From the human T2T-CHM13v2.0 reference genome, Homo sapiens, in NCBI RefSeq assembly GCF_009914755.1, contig NC_060947.1: DNA of 64,000 nt; one strand, written 5' to 3'. How positions within the stretch are numbered: position 1 is the stretch's first letter; every line of letters begins with the position of its first letter. Of the stretch, positions 14,600 through 28,016 are shown one piece after another. A model generated the notes under the pieces. That model was not told the DNA's origin. It did no database searches and was given only the letters and a program-made list of their open reading frames with translations. A program made the translations under genes and the position numbers.

Positions 14600-16020
14600 A
14601 AACCCTTCAGGCATTCACAGTCCTATGCAGGAGTAGCAACAACAAATACAACCCAAGACAATTGGTGGGGGGATAACAAGATGCTTTGGGAGCATAGAGG
14701 AGGAATATCCAACCAAGAGACCCCAGGAATCAGGGAAGCAACCGTTAAGCTGAGCCCTAAAGGATAAGGAGTTTTCCAGACAAAACCAGCTGAAGGTGGA
14801 GTAGGGCCAGGGTCCACAAAGAGTTCCAGGCAGAAGGAACAGGACTTGTAAAGGCCTAGAGGGAAGGGAGAGCATTGTAGGCTTGAGAAACTGAAAGGAA
14901 GCCAGTCGGGAGAGTGGGGAGTGAGGAGAGTAGTACAAAACCAGTTTGGAGAGCTAGGTAGGGGCCAAATCATACTACTATGTGGAGAATGGACTGTAGA
15001 AAGCCAAAAGGAGAAATAGGAAAATCAGAAGGGTATTGCATCCCGGTGAGAGATGATGCTAAGGGGAGTGGAAGTCGAAACCAGCAGATGGACAAAAAAG
15101 CTAAATTTTGGAGGTAGAATGGGAAAGATTTACAGGTCTGATACAATGAGGGTCAGAGAAAGTGGAATTAAGGCTAACTCTGAGGTTTCTGGCTTAAACA
15201 ATTGGCTTTCTCAAAGGGAGAAGACTGAAGGAGGACTGATTTCAGTTCAAAGGGAAATCAAGGATACAATTTTGAGGCTGGGCATAGTGGCTCACACCTG
15301 TAATCCCAGCGCTTTGAGGGGCTGAAGCAGGAGGCTGGCTTGAGCCTAGGAGTTTGAGACTAACCTGTGCAATATAGTGAGACCCCATCTCTACAAAAAA
15401 ATTATAAAAATTAGCTGGGCGTGGCGGCACATGCTTGTAGTCTCAGCTACTTGGAAGGCTAAGGCAGGAGGATCCCTTCAGTCCAGGAGTTCAAGGTTAT
15501 TGTGAGCTGTGATCATGCCACTTGCATTCCAGTCCAGGCAACAGAGCAAGACCCTGGACATGTTGCATTTGAGACAACTTTCAGCTATCCAAATGGAGAT
15601 GCCAGTATATAAAGGTCTGAAGCCCAGAGAAGTCTGGGCTGAAAATGATGATTTGGAAGTCGTCAGATGATAGAGGATAACTGAAACCACAGAGGATAAA
15701 TGAGACTTCCCAGAATGGGAATGCAGAGTGAGGAACGAGGACTTAGGTCAGGCTCCTGAGAAGTGCCCATATTTAAGGGTCTGGCAGAGGCAGAGGTACC
15801 AATGAAGAAGTACCCAGAAAGATAAGAGGGAAACCAGAGGAGTGTTGTTATCACAGAGGCCAAGAGGAGAAAGTATTTCAAGGAAGACAAGGTTATCAAG
15901 GGCATTGAATGTTGCATAGAGGTCATGGAAATTAAGGACTAAAAAGTGGCCATTGGATTTGGTGACATGCGGTCATTGGTAGCTGTGACAAGAACTTCTT
16001 TTGGTGGAACAGTGAGGGTG
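14600..16020 (-). mobile_element. L2 fragments (interrupted by AluJ)
   Basis: Purine-rich antisense L2 motifs: aagctgagccctaaaggataaggagt, ccattggatttggtgacatgcggtcattggt. Confidence 0.6.
15276..15557 (+). mobile_element. AluJ
   Basis: ggctgggcatagtggctcac...ttgagcctaggagtt...agttcaaggttattgtgagctgtgatc. Confidence 0.9.
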
Positions 16021-16875
16021 AAATGTCTCTAAGTCTCTCTCTGCCCTAGACCCTAACTCCTTCTCCCAGAGTCCATCCCTACACCCTCTTCCTTAGAGTC
16101 TCTTACTTCTCCTTCTAGACTCCTCTTTTCATAGCATCATTTCCTCCCTGCCCTTCAAGACCTTGCTTTCTACAGAGCTCTCTTTGATTTTCTTCCTCAA
16201 AGACCCTTTTTCTCTCTTCTCCTTTTCTCTTCCCCCAAACCACCTCTTCCCATACTCTTATTTCCCTCCCTTTATTCTCTCCCTACTCACTTGTCTCCTG
16301 AACTAAATGCTGCTTTTCTCAGACTGCTATTCTTTCCTGTTCTTTCAGCCCCCTCTCCATTCCCGCACCCATCTAAGCTCTTTGGATCTCAGCAGGGGTC
16401 TTGGCAGAAGGATTACTAAAGAACCTCCTAGGCTCAACACTGAGGAGTCATAGTATTTGGCATGATTCCACCAGGATCTGACAATGCCGACCTGAAGGAA
16501 ACACAGTGTTAGAACCCAGTCCTTGAATGATTGCCAATCTGGAAACCACATCCTGCCAACACAGTCTCCTCATCCGCCCTGGCACCTGCCCCTAAGATTC
16601 TGCCTTTTCCTATCCTCAATTGCACAGTCACTATGAACTGATAAGGTGCCCCTCTACTACATTCTGCATTCAATCAGCATTTTCTACTTGTCAAAATGCA
16701 TTCACATTCATTCACCCAGCCTTGGGAATTCGGCTGGGTGAAGCCTGGAAAAAGAAAATGGAGAGGCTTGCCTGAGGTCACATAGTTGGTTAGAGGATTA
16801 GCCTGGTATCCCTCCCACCCCTTCAGCCTTGCTTGCTTTCATGCCCAAAGACTCCCCAGGCCTGAGCTCAGGCAT

Positions 16876-16979
16876 GGCTGCCCTTTTAGCGTGTCCCAGC
16901 CTGCCAAGAGGGAGTGCCCTGGAGAGACCCTTGCTCAGGAGCACTGCCAGGGGATCAGTGCCCCATTTGTACCTGCAAG
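16876..16979 (+). other. CLDN2: Probable alternative non-coding first exon of CLDN2 (5' end approximate)
   Basis: Donor CAAG|GTAGGG at 16980 in unique sequence; consistent with my recollection of an alternative CLDN2 5' exon about 2 kb upstream of the main one. Start not determinable from sequence. Confidence 0.4.
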
Positions 16980-17901
16980 GTAGGGATGGGCCGCCTTGGG
17001 AAGGAGGATGATTTCTGGTTTGCTTCACTGAGTTCACCCTAGGCAACAAATCCGACTGTTTGCTTTGATATGACTTGAAAAATAGAGTCAAGCATAATGA
17101 CTATGAGGCAAGCTCTAGAGGTGGCCAGGTTTGGTACCCAGGCCTTGCTCTGTACTAGCACAGTGAGACCATGGATAGGAAACACCTCAGCACAGTGCCT
17201 GGCACCTAGCAAGTGTTCAATGAACCGTGGCCTTATCATTTGTACATGGGAATCCTTGGGAGGGAGTTGGTGTTGTACACTGCAAAGTTTGCCAAGCTAG
17301 ATATCTACAGACCTAGATTCCAGGTCTAACTATTACTGCTCAACTTGGGATGTTGGGCAACTCTTTTCATCTCATTGGGCCGAGGTTTCCTCATCTGGAA
17401 ATAGTAATGGCTGTCTTATTTTTGTAACATGTTGTATTGGCCTTTAAAACATGCACACTCTTTCACCTAGCAATTCTATTCTTAAGACTTTGTCAGTATT
17501 ATGTGCAAAGATGCTGGGTTATAGTGAAAATGAAAATAACAAAACGTCTAGTAGTTTACGATTAAATAAATCATATTTTATATGATAGAATGCAGTGCAG
17601 CCATGACAGAATGATGTAGTTCTGTGTTTTAATTGACATGGAAATAGGTCCACGATATGTTATTTACAAATGATGTAAGGTTACATAAATTGTAGGTATA
17701 GTGTGATTCAATTTTATAAAACAAATCCCATCGATATCTTCTACAATACATCAAAATGTTAGCAATGATTATTTCTGGCTGGTGGCATTATGAGGACCTC
17801 TATTTTCTTCTTTATAATTCATTTTCTGAATTCTTTTCAATAGCATCTAGTATTTTTCTACTTAGAAAAAACTAGAAAGCTTTTTTGCGTTGGGAGAGTA
17901 A

Positions 17902-18306
<405 letters not shown>

Positions 18307-18904
18307 TGAGAGGCTTAAATGACATAGTGCATGGCACTGCCATGTGTGGTAAAAAGGAGAGCCCTGTCCTTATGCTGGCCTACTCAGTTCCACCTTGTAG
18401 GACCTGCTCTTTGAACTCAGAGTCTGAACCTACAGTACCCATGTTTGCCCTTGAGCCTTGGGACCAACCTTAGGGGTGGGGTAGGGCTGAGGGCCTGCCA
18501 GAGAATCAAGCTGAGTAGAAAAGTCTATGGAGCTGCAGGCCATGCAGGGCTGCTTGGGCACTGGCTCACCAGGGCTGTGTTTATGCAGCTTACTCCCTGC
18601 TGGGCTTCAGGGCTGCTAGCCAGGGACACCTAATTGGTGGGACAGAGCCCCCTCCTCTCACCACCCTCAAAGCTGGAATGTTCTGAATTCCTTCTTGGGC
18701 CAAATCCCCCTCCCCACAAGGCCTCTCCTGGGTTCACAGAGGTCACCACACAAAAGCCCAGCTGGAGTGGAGTTTTTGACAGAAAAAAAAAAACACACAC
18801 AGAAAACCCACCAAACCTTTTTTTTTTTTTTTCTAAAGTGCCTCAATCTTTCCCAGCCTCCAGGGGTTTAATTCTGATCTGTAATAAGTCTCTGACCCAC
18901 GGCT

Positions 18905-19061
18905 CAGATTTGCAGATGGATTTTGCAAAGCTGTGGTTAACGATTAGAAATCCTTTATCACCTCAGCCCGTGGCCCCTTGTACTTCGCTCCCCTCCCTCA
19001 GGATCCCTTTCTCCCTCTCCAGGGGCATCTCCCCCTCCAAGGCTCTGCAAAGAACTGCCCT
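18905..19061 (+). other. CLDN2: CLDN2 main non-coding exon 1 (5' end approximate)
   Basis: Donor CCT|GTAAGT at 19062; joins acceptor at 26567 to give ...gaactgccct|gtcttctagatgcc..., as recalled for CLDN2 mRNA. HNF1-like GGTTAACGATTAG (18935-18947) and GATA TTATCA (18955-18960) lie inside. Confidence 0.75.
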
Positions 19062-21482
19062 GTAAGTATCTCCATCCTGATATAGTTGCTGCCTTTTAAA
19101 TTCACCGAGGTGGGCACTCTTCCTTCCTAGTCACTATCCATTCACCCCATGGTGGAGCCAGGCTGGGCCACCTTGGGTTTCTGAGTGAAGGGTATGGGAG
19201 GGGAAACTCCGGTGGCATTTGGGTTGGTGGTATTTGTTCCCTCAAAGCTATCACAAAGGTTCAAATCTTTAAAACTTCAGGACCAGAGAAAGCACTCTCC
19301 AAATCAGATATTTTCTGGTTTGGGGGCTTAAAAGGACTGGGATAAAAATTGGAGGAAGGGAGCCACAGTTTACCCCTCTGCCTAAGTGTAGGGGACTGAG
19401 GAGTGGCAGAAGGGGCACTCCCTCACAGCCAGCTCCAGTGCCCTCCTTGGCATGAAGGCTCAGGGAGGTAGCAGAAGGTGGGTTCCTAAGTGAAGTCATA
19501 AAGTTTCCCCATGAGGTCCTTCAAGGACTCTCCCTCACTGGTCTGCAAGTCTGTCATTAGAAATTCCTTCTTTCGACTGAGGTATTACTCTCTTCAAGTG
19601 CCCTCTTTGAAAATGCAGTTGGAACCAAAACATTCACAGCACTTATGGCCGGGGAGATCGTAGGCGATTTTTGTTTTCTAAATTCTGCCTTTCTGTGTTT
19701 TCCAGTGTTCTAAAGTGAGAATGCTTTACTTTGATGATCAGGACAAAAATCAACTTCTTTTTCAAACAATAAGAAAATCTCTCAATCCAGTTGCAATTCT
19801 CTGAACTGCCATCAATCAATTGATGTAGAAGGAAAGATGAACTGCTCTAAGGACAAACTTTCAAGAAAGTAGGGCCTCAAGGGAATGGCTTTGCCACCTA
19901 CTAGTGCCCTTGGCAGCTGGAAGTGAGTTTCAGAGAAGGGGGCAAGTGTCTCAGATTCTTATGAGGGGCAGTGAGATCAAGGGATATAGAAATGAGGCTG
20001 ACTGACAGAAGAGGGCTGTGGTGGCCATCATCACCCCCAGAAGGCCACATCAGTTCCTTCCTTGAGCCTGGGAACCCCAAGTGCCCTGTCCCATGTAGTC
20101 TTAGGAGGGTACTGCCAAAGAAAGAGTACCATGCACAAGACTCTTGGAGCAAGAGATGGGGAGAATAGCAGGGAAAGTACCTAGGTGAGAAGGGGTTAAG
20201 TCAGGAGCTGCGGTCAATCTTGACCCTCCTAATCCTCTCCTGCAGCTCCAATCTCCCCACTAGGGAAGATTAAGTAAGGATCCTAAGTTAAACTTTCTTG
20301 CCCAGTCCTTGGGCCATGGAGTATGTTGGCCCTATGCCCAGAAGACAAATTCAGCTGACAAGGCCTAGAGTCCTCTGTACCTCCAACGCAGCCAGTACTT
20401 GACTTCTAGGAGGATCCCTCAAAGAGAGGCTTCTATTAAAACTGGCTGCTTCTAATAACAGCTCTTCAGTCTTCTATATTTGTCAAAGTGGCTTCCTGTC
20501 CCCATGCCTTTATTTGAGACTAAAAATCTTGGAGATGACAAACTAGGGCCTAGAGAAGCTATAGGACTTCCTCAGCAGGTTCTAGGCAGAACTGACACAA
20601 CAAGAAGCTAGATCTTTTGATTCTAACACCAGGACCCTGTCTGCCCTCACCTCTACTGCTCATCAGACAAACAAAAACCTGGCTGAATCCAGCCTGTCTC
20701 ACCACCCAACCATTCGCCATTTAGCTGGTCTTCCTAACTCTGGTGGAAAGCTGAACCCCCCCTCCATGGGGCCATTTCTATCACTTGAATAAGCTCCAAT
20801 AACTTGTTCTTCCTCCTGCCTGGGCATGCTGCTATGCCAAGTCAGACTCTAGAGATTCCAAGCCTCAGTAATGGCATTTTCTTGACTCTGCCCTCTCCCT
20901 CACCCCAAAACACTTGCCTACTTACTACTACTTAGGACAGGCTCTGGGGAGAGGCTTTCCTCTTGGGGACACTGTTGATTCCCTTGGGAAACTCAAGCTT
21001 GACTCTTCAGCTGCCATCCCAGGAAGGCTGAAGCAGGAGCTGCTCCTCTGGGAAGCAGTAGGTCTTCCCCTTGAAAACCTCAAGGTATCTCACCAATTCT
21101 CACTGAAAGCTCAGATACAAATAGGAGGAAGAAAGGAAAAGTATTGAACCCAGCCTGGGTGAGGAGCAGGGAGGGCCCAAGGATGGTTTCAAGGCAAGGA
21201 TGCATCCTCAAAGATGATTTGCAATTATCCAAGCAAATGGTGGATGGTAGAATAGCATGCTTACGGGCTTGGAGACAGAGAGAAAGGCAGTCAGAGAAAT
21301 TCAAGTGCTTAGGTTTGGCTGGATCATATGTGTATGTATAGGAGCATAAAGCATGAGGTTGGAGGTTAATGGTGTGAGATGAGGCTGTGAAGAAAAGCCG
21401 GGGTGAAATAATGGAGGGCTTTCTTGGTTTCCTGGGCTAGCAAGTTTGAACTTCATCCTGAAATACTTAAGAGCTCTGAAGA

Positions 21483-21782
21483 TTTTTTTTTTTTTTTTTT
21501 TTTGAGACAAAGTTTTGCTCTATCGCTCAGGCTGGAGTGCAGTGGCACAATCTCGGCTCACTGCAACCTCCACCTCCCGGTTCCAGCGATTCTCCTGCCT
21601 CAGCCTCCCTAGTAGCTGGGATTACAGGCACATGCCACCACGCCCAACTAATTTTTGTATTTTTCGTAGAGACGGGGTTTCACTATGTTGGCCAGGCTGG
21701 TCTCAAACTCCTGACCTCGTGATCTGCCCGCCTCGGCCTCCCAAAGTGCTGGGATTATAGGCGTAAGCCACCGCACCCGGCT
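21483..21782 (-). mobile_element. AluSc-like
   Basis: Antisense dimer with ctgacctcgtgatc (2-bp deletion diagnostic). Confidence 0.93.
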
Positions 21783-21789
21783 GAGCTCC

Positions 21790-24700
21790 TGAAGATTTTT
21801 AAGCATGGCAAAGCGTGAGGTGAAAGTCACAATTTGATTTCAACTTTACAAAGATCTTTGACTACTGGGTAGGTAATTCATTATTGCAGGATTGGGGCAG
21901 AAGTGGAATTAGAGAGATCAATTTGAGGTGTCTATGAGATTTTCAAATAGACAAGAAACGATGGTTGCATAGTCTGAACTATGGTTTAGGGCAGTGGCGA
22001 CAGAAAGAAGTAGATGGATTCACAGTCTATTTTTGAAGGCAGACCTGATGGTACATTATAATTAATTATATGTCAACAAGAGGTGAAAAAGCAAGGATGA
22101 CTGGCTTGGGTTATTAACTCAGTGACAGCCCCACTGAGGTAAGGAACACTGCATGAGGAGCAGTTTGGGCATGGGGAGCAAAAAGGGCAGATGATTCCAG
22201 CTTTGCAAATGTTGAATTTGAGGCCATTAAAACATTCAGGTAGGGCCATTCCAAGTAATAGTTAACTACACAAATCTTGAGTTCAGGAGAGAAATCTGTG
22301 GCAGAGATATGAATTCAGGAGTCACTGGCATGGAGACAGAGAGGATGAGATAACCCATGAAGAATGTGAAGGATAAGAAGAGCCATCTAGAAGTCGAGAT
22401 GAAACCCTGAGGAGGCTAGAGGGGCAGAGATGGATAGTTAGACTTAAAGAGTGAGCAGAAGAAGAGGAACTTATAAGGGAAAACTAGAAGAATCATTTTG
22501 AGAAGTAGTTAAAATGGAGTGGTGTTACAGAAAACAAGGGAGAAGATAGTTTTATGAAGGAGAGAGACAAGGTGAGATGACAGAGATATGATCATTGAAT
22601 TTTGGATCAAGAAAAGAGTTGATAACTTTGGTGAGAATATTTTCAGTGGAGGGCTAATGGTGGAAGCCAGACTGCAGAGGGCTGAGCAGTGAGTGGGAGG
22701 GTGAAGAAGTGGAGACATCAATAATGAATGGCTTGTTTAAGGATCTTGGCTGCAAAGAGAATGATCAAGATAGGAGTAATAGCTGCACAGGGAGGAGGTA
22801 GAGTAGGGAGCTCAAAAAGTAGTAGTAAATGTTTGAAGCAGTCATCAGAAGGGTGCTTACCAGGGAGAAGTAGAAGGATTTCCAAGCAGCACTGAAGGCC
22901 TCAATGAGATACATAGTCATGATCAGGACAGGTACAATTGTGCCAAGGTTAGCAATAAGAAACCAATGTCAAGAAAGACTTGCTAATGAGTGACAGAGGT
23001 GAGATTCAAACTATGTTTCTCTCCCTTCATCAAATGTTTATCGGCTCCTGCTCTGCACTGCTTTGCATCAACACTGGCATTGGTGTTTCCAATGCTGATG
23101 AATCGTATTGACTATCAATCATGTGCCCAATGCTGTGGAAGCATGATAGACATTTAATATATATTTTTTCACCCTTAAATTGTTTAGAATTTGGTTGAGG
23201 AGACAAAATATTCCACAAATGCATATATATTATAAATATATATAATATACATTATATATATACATAGTGAAGCTCTGCTGTCTCTCTCTCCCCCCTTACC
23301 TCTTTCTTCCTCTGATCCCCCATCTCTCTCTTTCTTCTTTCCCAACGTTGGGCAGCACTTCAATGACCCTTACACTGAAGCGCTATTGACTCATTTGGAA
23401 AGTCCCTATATTTTAGTCATATGGAGCCCCTCAAACCTCTTTGCCAACTTCATTCATTTATTAAGAAGACAGTTTTTGAATTGCTGCTCTGGATAAAGCA
23501 GTATGTAAGGCACATGAGATACAGAGATACATAAGATATAGTCTTGCCCTCAAGTAGCTCACAGGCTAATAGGGAAGAATGAGGGTTTAAACAGGAAATT
23601 GCAACATAATGCAAAATGTACTATCTCTGCCTCAGTTTCTTCATCTATACAATAGGGATTATTAGTGCCTACCACAAAAAAACCTGTGACGACTAAATAA
23701 GTTAGCATGTAAAAAGTGCTTATAATGGTCCCATAAGAAACACTACATAAGTGTTGCTATTATTATTATTACTATGATGGAAGTAAACACAAGATACTGT
23801 AAGAATAGACAGGAGGGGTACTTGACCCAGGCTAGAGTAAGAGACATCTGTGCTGAATCCTAAAAGATGAGAAGGCACTAAACAGAGGAAGAAGAATACA
23901 TAACACTCTGCATAGAATATTCTGTTCTATTTCTATTTGGGAGCAAAAGACCACATGGCATGATTGAAGAACTGGAAGTAATTTAATTCCACAATAGTAC
24001 AGACTATGAGGAGGGAAATGGCAAGAGATGAAGCTTGAGAGGTCATGGGGTAAACCAAGCAAGTTTGGACTTTACTTTTTAGCAAATGGGGAGCCACTGG
24101 AATGCTTTATGTAGAGTAGTGACTCGATCAGATTAATGTGTTGAAAGATCACCTTGGCAATGATGTGGAGAATGAATTGGGAGAAAGACAAGTTAGAAAG
24201 CTGTTGCTATAATCCAGGTGAAAGAGAATGATGAGGTCGTGCATGGTGGCTCACACCTGTAATCCCAGCATTTTGGGAGGCTGAGGTGGGCGGATCACTT
24301 GCAGTCAGGAGTTGGAGATCAGCCTGGCCAGCATGGCAAAACCCTGTCTCTACTAAAAATACAAAATTAGCTGGGCGTGGTGGCGTGCACCTGTAGTCCC
24401 AGCTACTCAGGAAGCTGAGGCACAAGAATCACTTGAACCTGGGAGGTGGAGATTGCAGTGAGCTAAGATCACGCCACCCCACTCCAGGCTGGGCAACAAA
24501 AGCAAAATTCGGTCTCAAAAAAAGAATGGTGAAACTGAACTAGGGAAGTAGCAGTGGAAATGGAGAGAAAGGAACCATGGATTTGAGGTATATTCATAAG
24601 GTAGAACTGGTGGGACATAGGGACTATAGGATGCAGGAGGTAAGTAGAAGAAAGGTGCTAAAGATCACTTTCCGGATTTTGGTCTGGCACAAGTGGATGG

Positions 24701-25070
24701 ATAGAGGTATCATTCAGTGAACACAGGGAACACAGGGAAGAACTGTTTGGGGAAAGCTGCATGGGGGATGTGATGAGTTCACTTTTGGACATGTCAAATT
24801 CGAGATGTCTATGAGATTTCCCTGTGGAGATTCTGACTAGGTGATTGCTCTGCCAGTCTTGAAGCTCAGAAGGGTCTATCCTGGAAATTCAGATTTGGGA
24901 GGGTCAGTGGATGGGTAGTAGATTAAGTTATGGGGGCAAGATGAGTTTGCTCAGGGACAGAGTGTTAATTGAGAAAAGGATGGACTTCTGAGGAATACTC
25001 ACATTTAAGAGATGAGTAGGGAAAGAGAAATCTTGAAGAAGGCTAAAATGGAATAGCCAGATTGTGGTGG
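21790..25070 (-). mobile_element. Patchwork of L2 fragments with a MIR (about 23620-23770)
   Basis: Antisense L2 motifs, e.g. gggagccactggaatgctttatgtagag, gagttcacttttggacatgtcaaattcgagatgtctatgagat. Confidence 0.55.
24234..24523 (+). mobile_element. AluSx-like
   Basis: Full dimer; flanked by AAAGA..AATG(A/G)TGA TSD-like sequence. Confidence 0.92.
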
Positions 25071-25090
25071 GTTGAAAAATTAGTGGGTTA

Positions 25091-25750
<660 letters not shown>

Positions 25751-26337
25751 TCAGATACCTGCCTCATGCAAAGCCCTATATTCTAGAGCAGTTTCCCTTT
25801 CCTCTGTGGCAGACTCTTGTCCCCCCTAACAGATGGCCCAGGGAATTTCAGGGCCCCCTCTCAGTCCTGGAACCCTTGTTCCAGAGTGCTCCCTCATCAT
25901 CCAAGAGGCTGATGATGGGAGCATCTATTAGGAGACTGGACAGGAAATGTCTGGGCATGTTATACATGCAGGAGGCCTTAGACTAGGCTGCAGAGGGGGA
26001 TTTGGGCATGGCTGGGAGGATCTGAACTCTCAGAGTATGGACAGAAGGCTTTGCTGCCCACCCCCATCTACCCTGGAGTAGATTTTCACCATGGGCAGAA
26101 TGATCCAGGGCTAGGCCACTACTCTCTAGGCCCCTGGAGATTCAAGAGGCCTCTAACAAACTGGAGTCCAAGACTACATTCTAGGATCTGTTCCTCCTGA
26201 TGTAGTCTGCAGTTTGGCCTCAGTCTGCAATTGAGGGGCCCTATGGCACTGTTGCTTGGCAATGTATTAAACAGCAGGCCTTGGAGACTAGCACTTGAGT
26301 TAACACAGCCACCACAACCACCACTGCCATCATCACC

Positions 26338-26556
26338 TTCCCGGAAAGCAGCCACCTGTCTGGCTCCTGGCTTTGTCCAGCTGCCAACCTAAGGCATGTG
26401 CCTACGCAGGAGGCGATGACATTTTGGCTCCACGTTCAAAGTTGTTTTTTTTTTCCTTTCTCATGTGTTATTTCTAAAGATAACAAAGGTCAAAAGGCAT
26501 CCAGCGTTTTCTGGTTTCTCATAAGCTTCTGGTCAATATTTAATCTGGTTTATGGA
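26338..26556 (+). promoter_or_regulatory. CLDN2 proximal (intronic) promoter/enhancer: STAT GAS, TCF/LEF, GATA, DR1/HNF4, HNF1 and CDX motifs
   Basis: TTCCCGGAA 26338-26346; TTCAAAG ~26435-26441; AGATAA 26478-26483; AGGTCAAAAGGCA 26487-26499; GGTCAATATTTAAT 26531-26544; TTTATGG 26549-26555. CDX/HNF1/GATA4 and STAT/Wnt control of CLDN2 is established. Confidence 0.65.
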
Positions 26557-26566
26557 TTTTTTTTAG

Positions 26567-26744
26567 GTCTTCTAGATGCCTTCTTGAGGCTGCTTGTGGC
26601 CACCCACAGACACTTGTAAGGAGGAGAGAAGTCAGCCTGGCAGAGAGACTCTGAAATGAGGGATTAGAGGTGTTCAAGGAGCAAGAGCTTCAGCCTGAAG
26701 ACAAGGGAGCAGTCCCTGAAGACGCTTCTACTGAGAGGTCTGCC
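26567..26744 (+). other. CLDN2: CLDN2 exon 2 5' UTR portion (178 nt)
   Basis: Acceptor TTTTTTTTAG|G at 26565-26566. Confidence 0.85.
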
Positions 26745-27437
26745 ATGGCCTCTCTTGGCCTCCAACTTGTGGGCTACATCCTAGGCCTTCTGGGGCTTTT
26801 GGGCACACTGGTTGCCATGCTGCTCCCCAGCTGGAAAACAAGTTCTTATGTCGGTGCCAGCATTGTGACAGCAGTTGGCTTCTCCAAGGGCCTCTGGATG
26901 GAATGTGCCACACACAGCACAGGCATCACCCAGTGTGACATCTATAGCACCCTTCTGGGCCTGCCCGCTGACATCCAGGCTGCCCAGGCCATGATGGTGA
27001 CATCCAGTGCAATCTCCTCCCTGGCCTGCATTATCTCTGTGGTGGGCATGAGATGCACAGTCTTCTGCCAGGAATCCCGAGCCAAAGACAGAGTGGCGGT
27101 AGCAGGTGGAGTCTTTTTCATCCTTGGAGGCCTCCTGGGATTCATTCCTGTTGCCTGGAATCTTCATGGGATCCTACGGGACTTCTACTCACCACTGGTG
27201 CCTGACAGCATGAAATTTGAGATTGGAGAGGCTCTTTACTTGGGCATTATTTCTTCCCTGTTCTCCCTGATAGCTGGAATCATCCTCTGCTTTTCCTGCT
27301 CATCCCAGAGAAATCGCTCCAACTACTACGATGCCTACCAAGCCCAACCTCTTGCCACAAGGAGCTCTCCAAGGCCTGGTCAACCTCCCAAAGTCAAGAG
27401 TGAGTTCAATTCCTACAGCCTGACAGGGTATGTGTGA
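26745..27437 (+). CDS. CLDN2: Claudin-2, 230 aa pore-forming tight-junction protein (intronless CDS)
   Basis: MASLGLQLVGYILGLLG...; claudin signature W..GLW..C...C, four hydrophobic segments, C-terminal PDZ-binding YV; strong Kozak GCCATGG; 693 nt to TGA. Confidence 0.99.
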   Translation: MASLGLQLVGYILGLLGLLGTLVAMLLPSWKTSSYVGASIVTAVGFSKGLWMECATHSTGITQCDIYSTLLGLPADIQAAQAMMVTSSAISSLACIISVVGMRCTVFCQESRAKDRVAVAGGVFFILGGLLGFIPVAWNLHGILRDFYSPLVPDSMKFEIGEALYLGIISSLFSLIAGIILCFSCSSQRNRSNYYDAYQAQPLATRSSPRPGQPPKVKSEFNSYSLTGYV

Positions 27438-28010
27438 AGAACCAGGGGCCAGAGCTGGGGGGTGGCTGGGTCTGTGAAAAACAGTGGACAGCACCCCGAG
27501 GGCCACAGGTGAGGGACACTACCACTGGATCGTGTCAGAAGGTGCTGCTGAGGATAGACTGACTTTGGCCATTGGATTGAGCAAAGGCAGAAATGGGGGC
27601 TAGTGTAACAGCATGCAGGTTGAATTGCCAAGGATGCTCGCCATGCCAGCCTTTCTGTTTTCCTCACCTTGCTGCTCCCCTGCCCTAAGTCCCCAACCCT
27701 CAACTTGAAACCCCATTCCCTTAAGCCAGGACTCAGAGGATCCCTTTGCCCTCTGGTTTACCTGGGACTCCATCCCCAAACCCACTAATCACATCCCACT
27801 GACTGACCCTCTGTGATCAAAGACCCTCTCTCTGGCTGAGGTTGGCTCTTAGCTCATTGCTGGGGATGGGAAGGAGAAGCAGTGGCTTTTGTGGGCATTG
27901 CTCTAACCTACTTCTCAAGCTTCCCTCCAAAGAAACTGATTGGCCCTGGAACCTCCATCCCACTCTTGTTATGACTCCACAGTGTCCAGACTAATTTGTG
28001 CATGAACTGA

Positions 28011-28016
28011 AATAAA
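28011..28016 (+). terminator. Candidate proximal poly(A) signal of CLDN2
   Basis: AATAAA about 575 nt after the stop; a second AATAAA at 28095-28100 lies in an A-rich tract. Confidence 0.5.

Noticed and set aside
26670-26744. 255-aa ORF start as the true CLDN2 start
   Set aside because: It begins at GTG; the strong-Kozak ATG at 26745 gives the known 230-aa protein. Kept only as a speculative extension.
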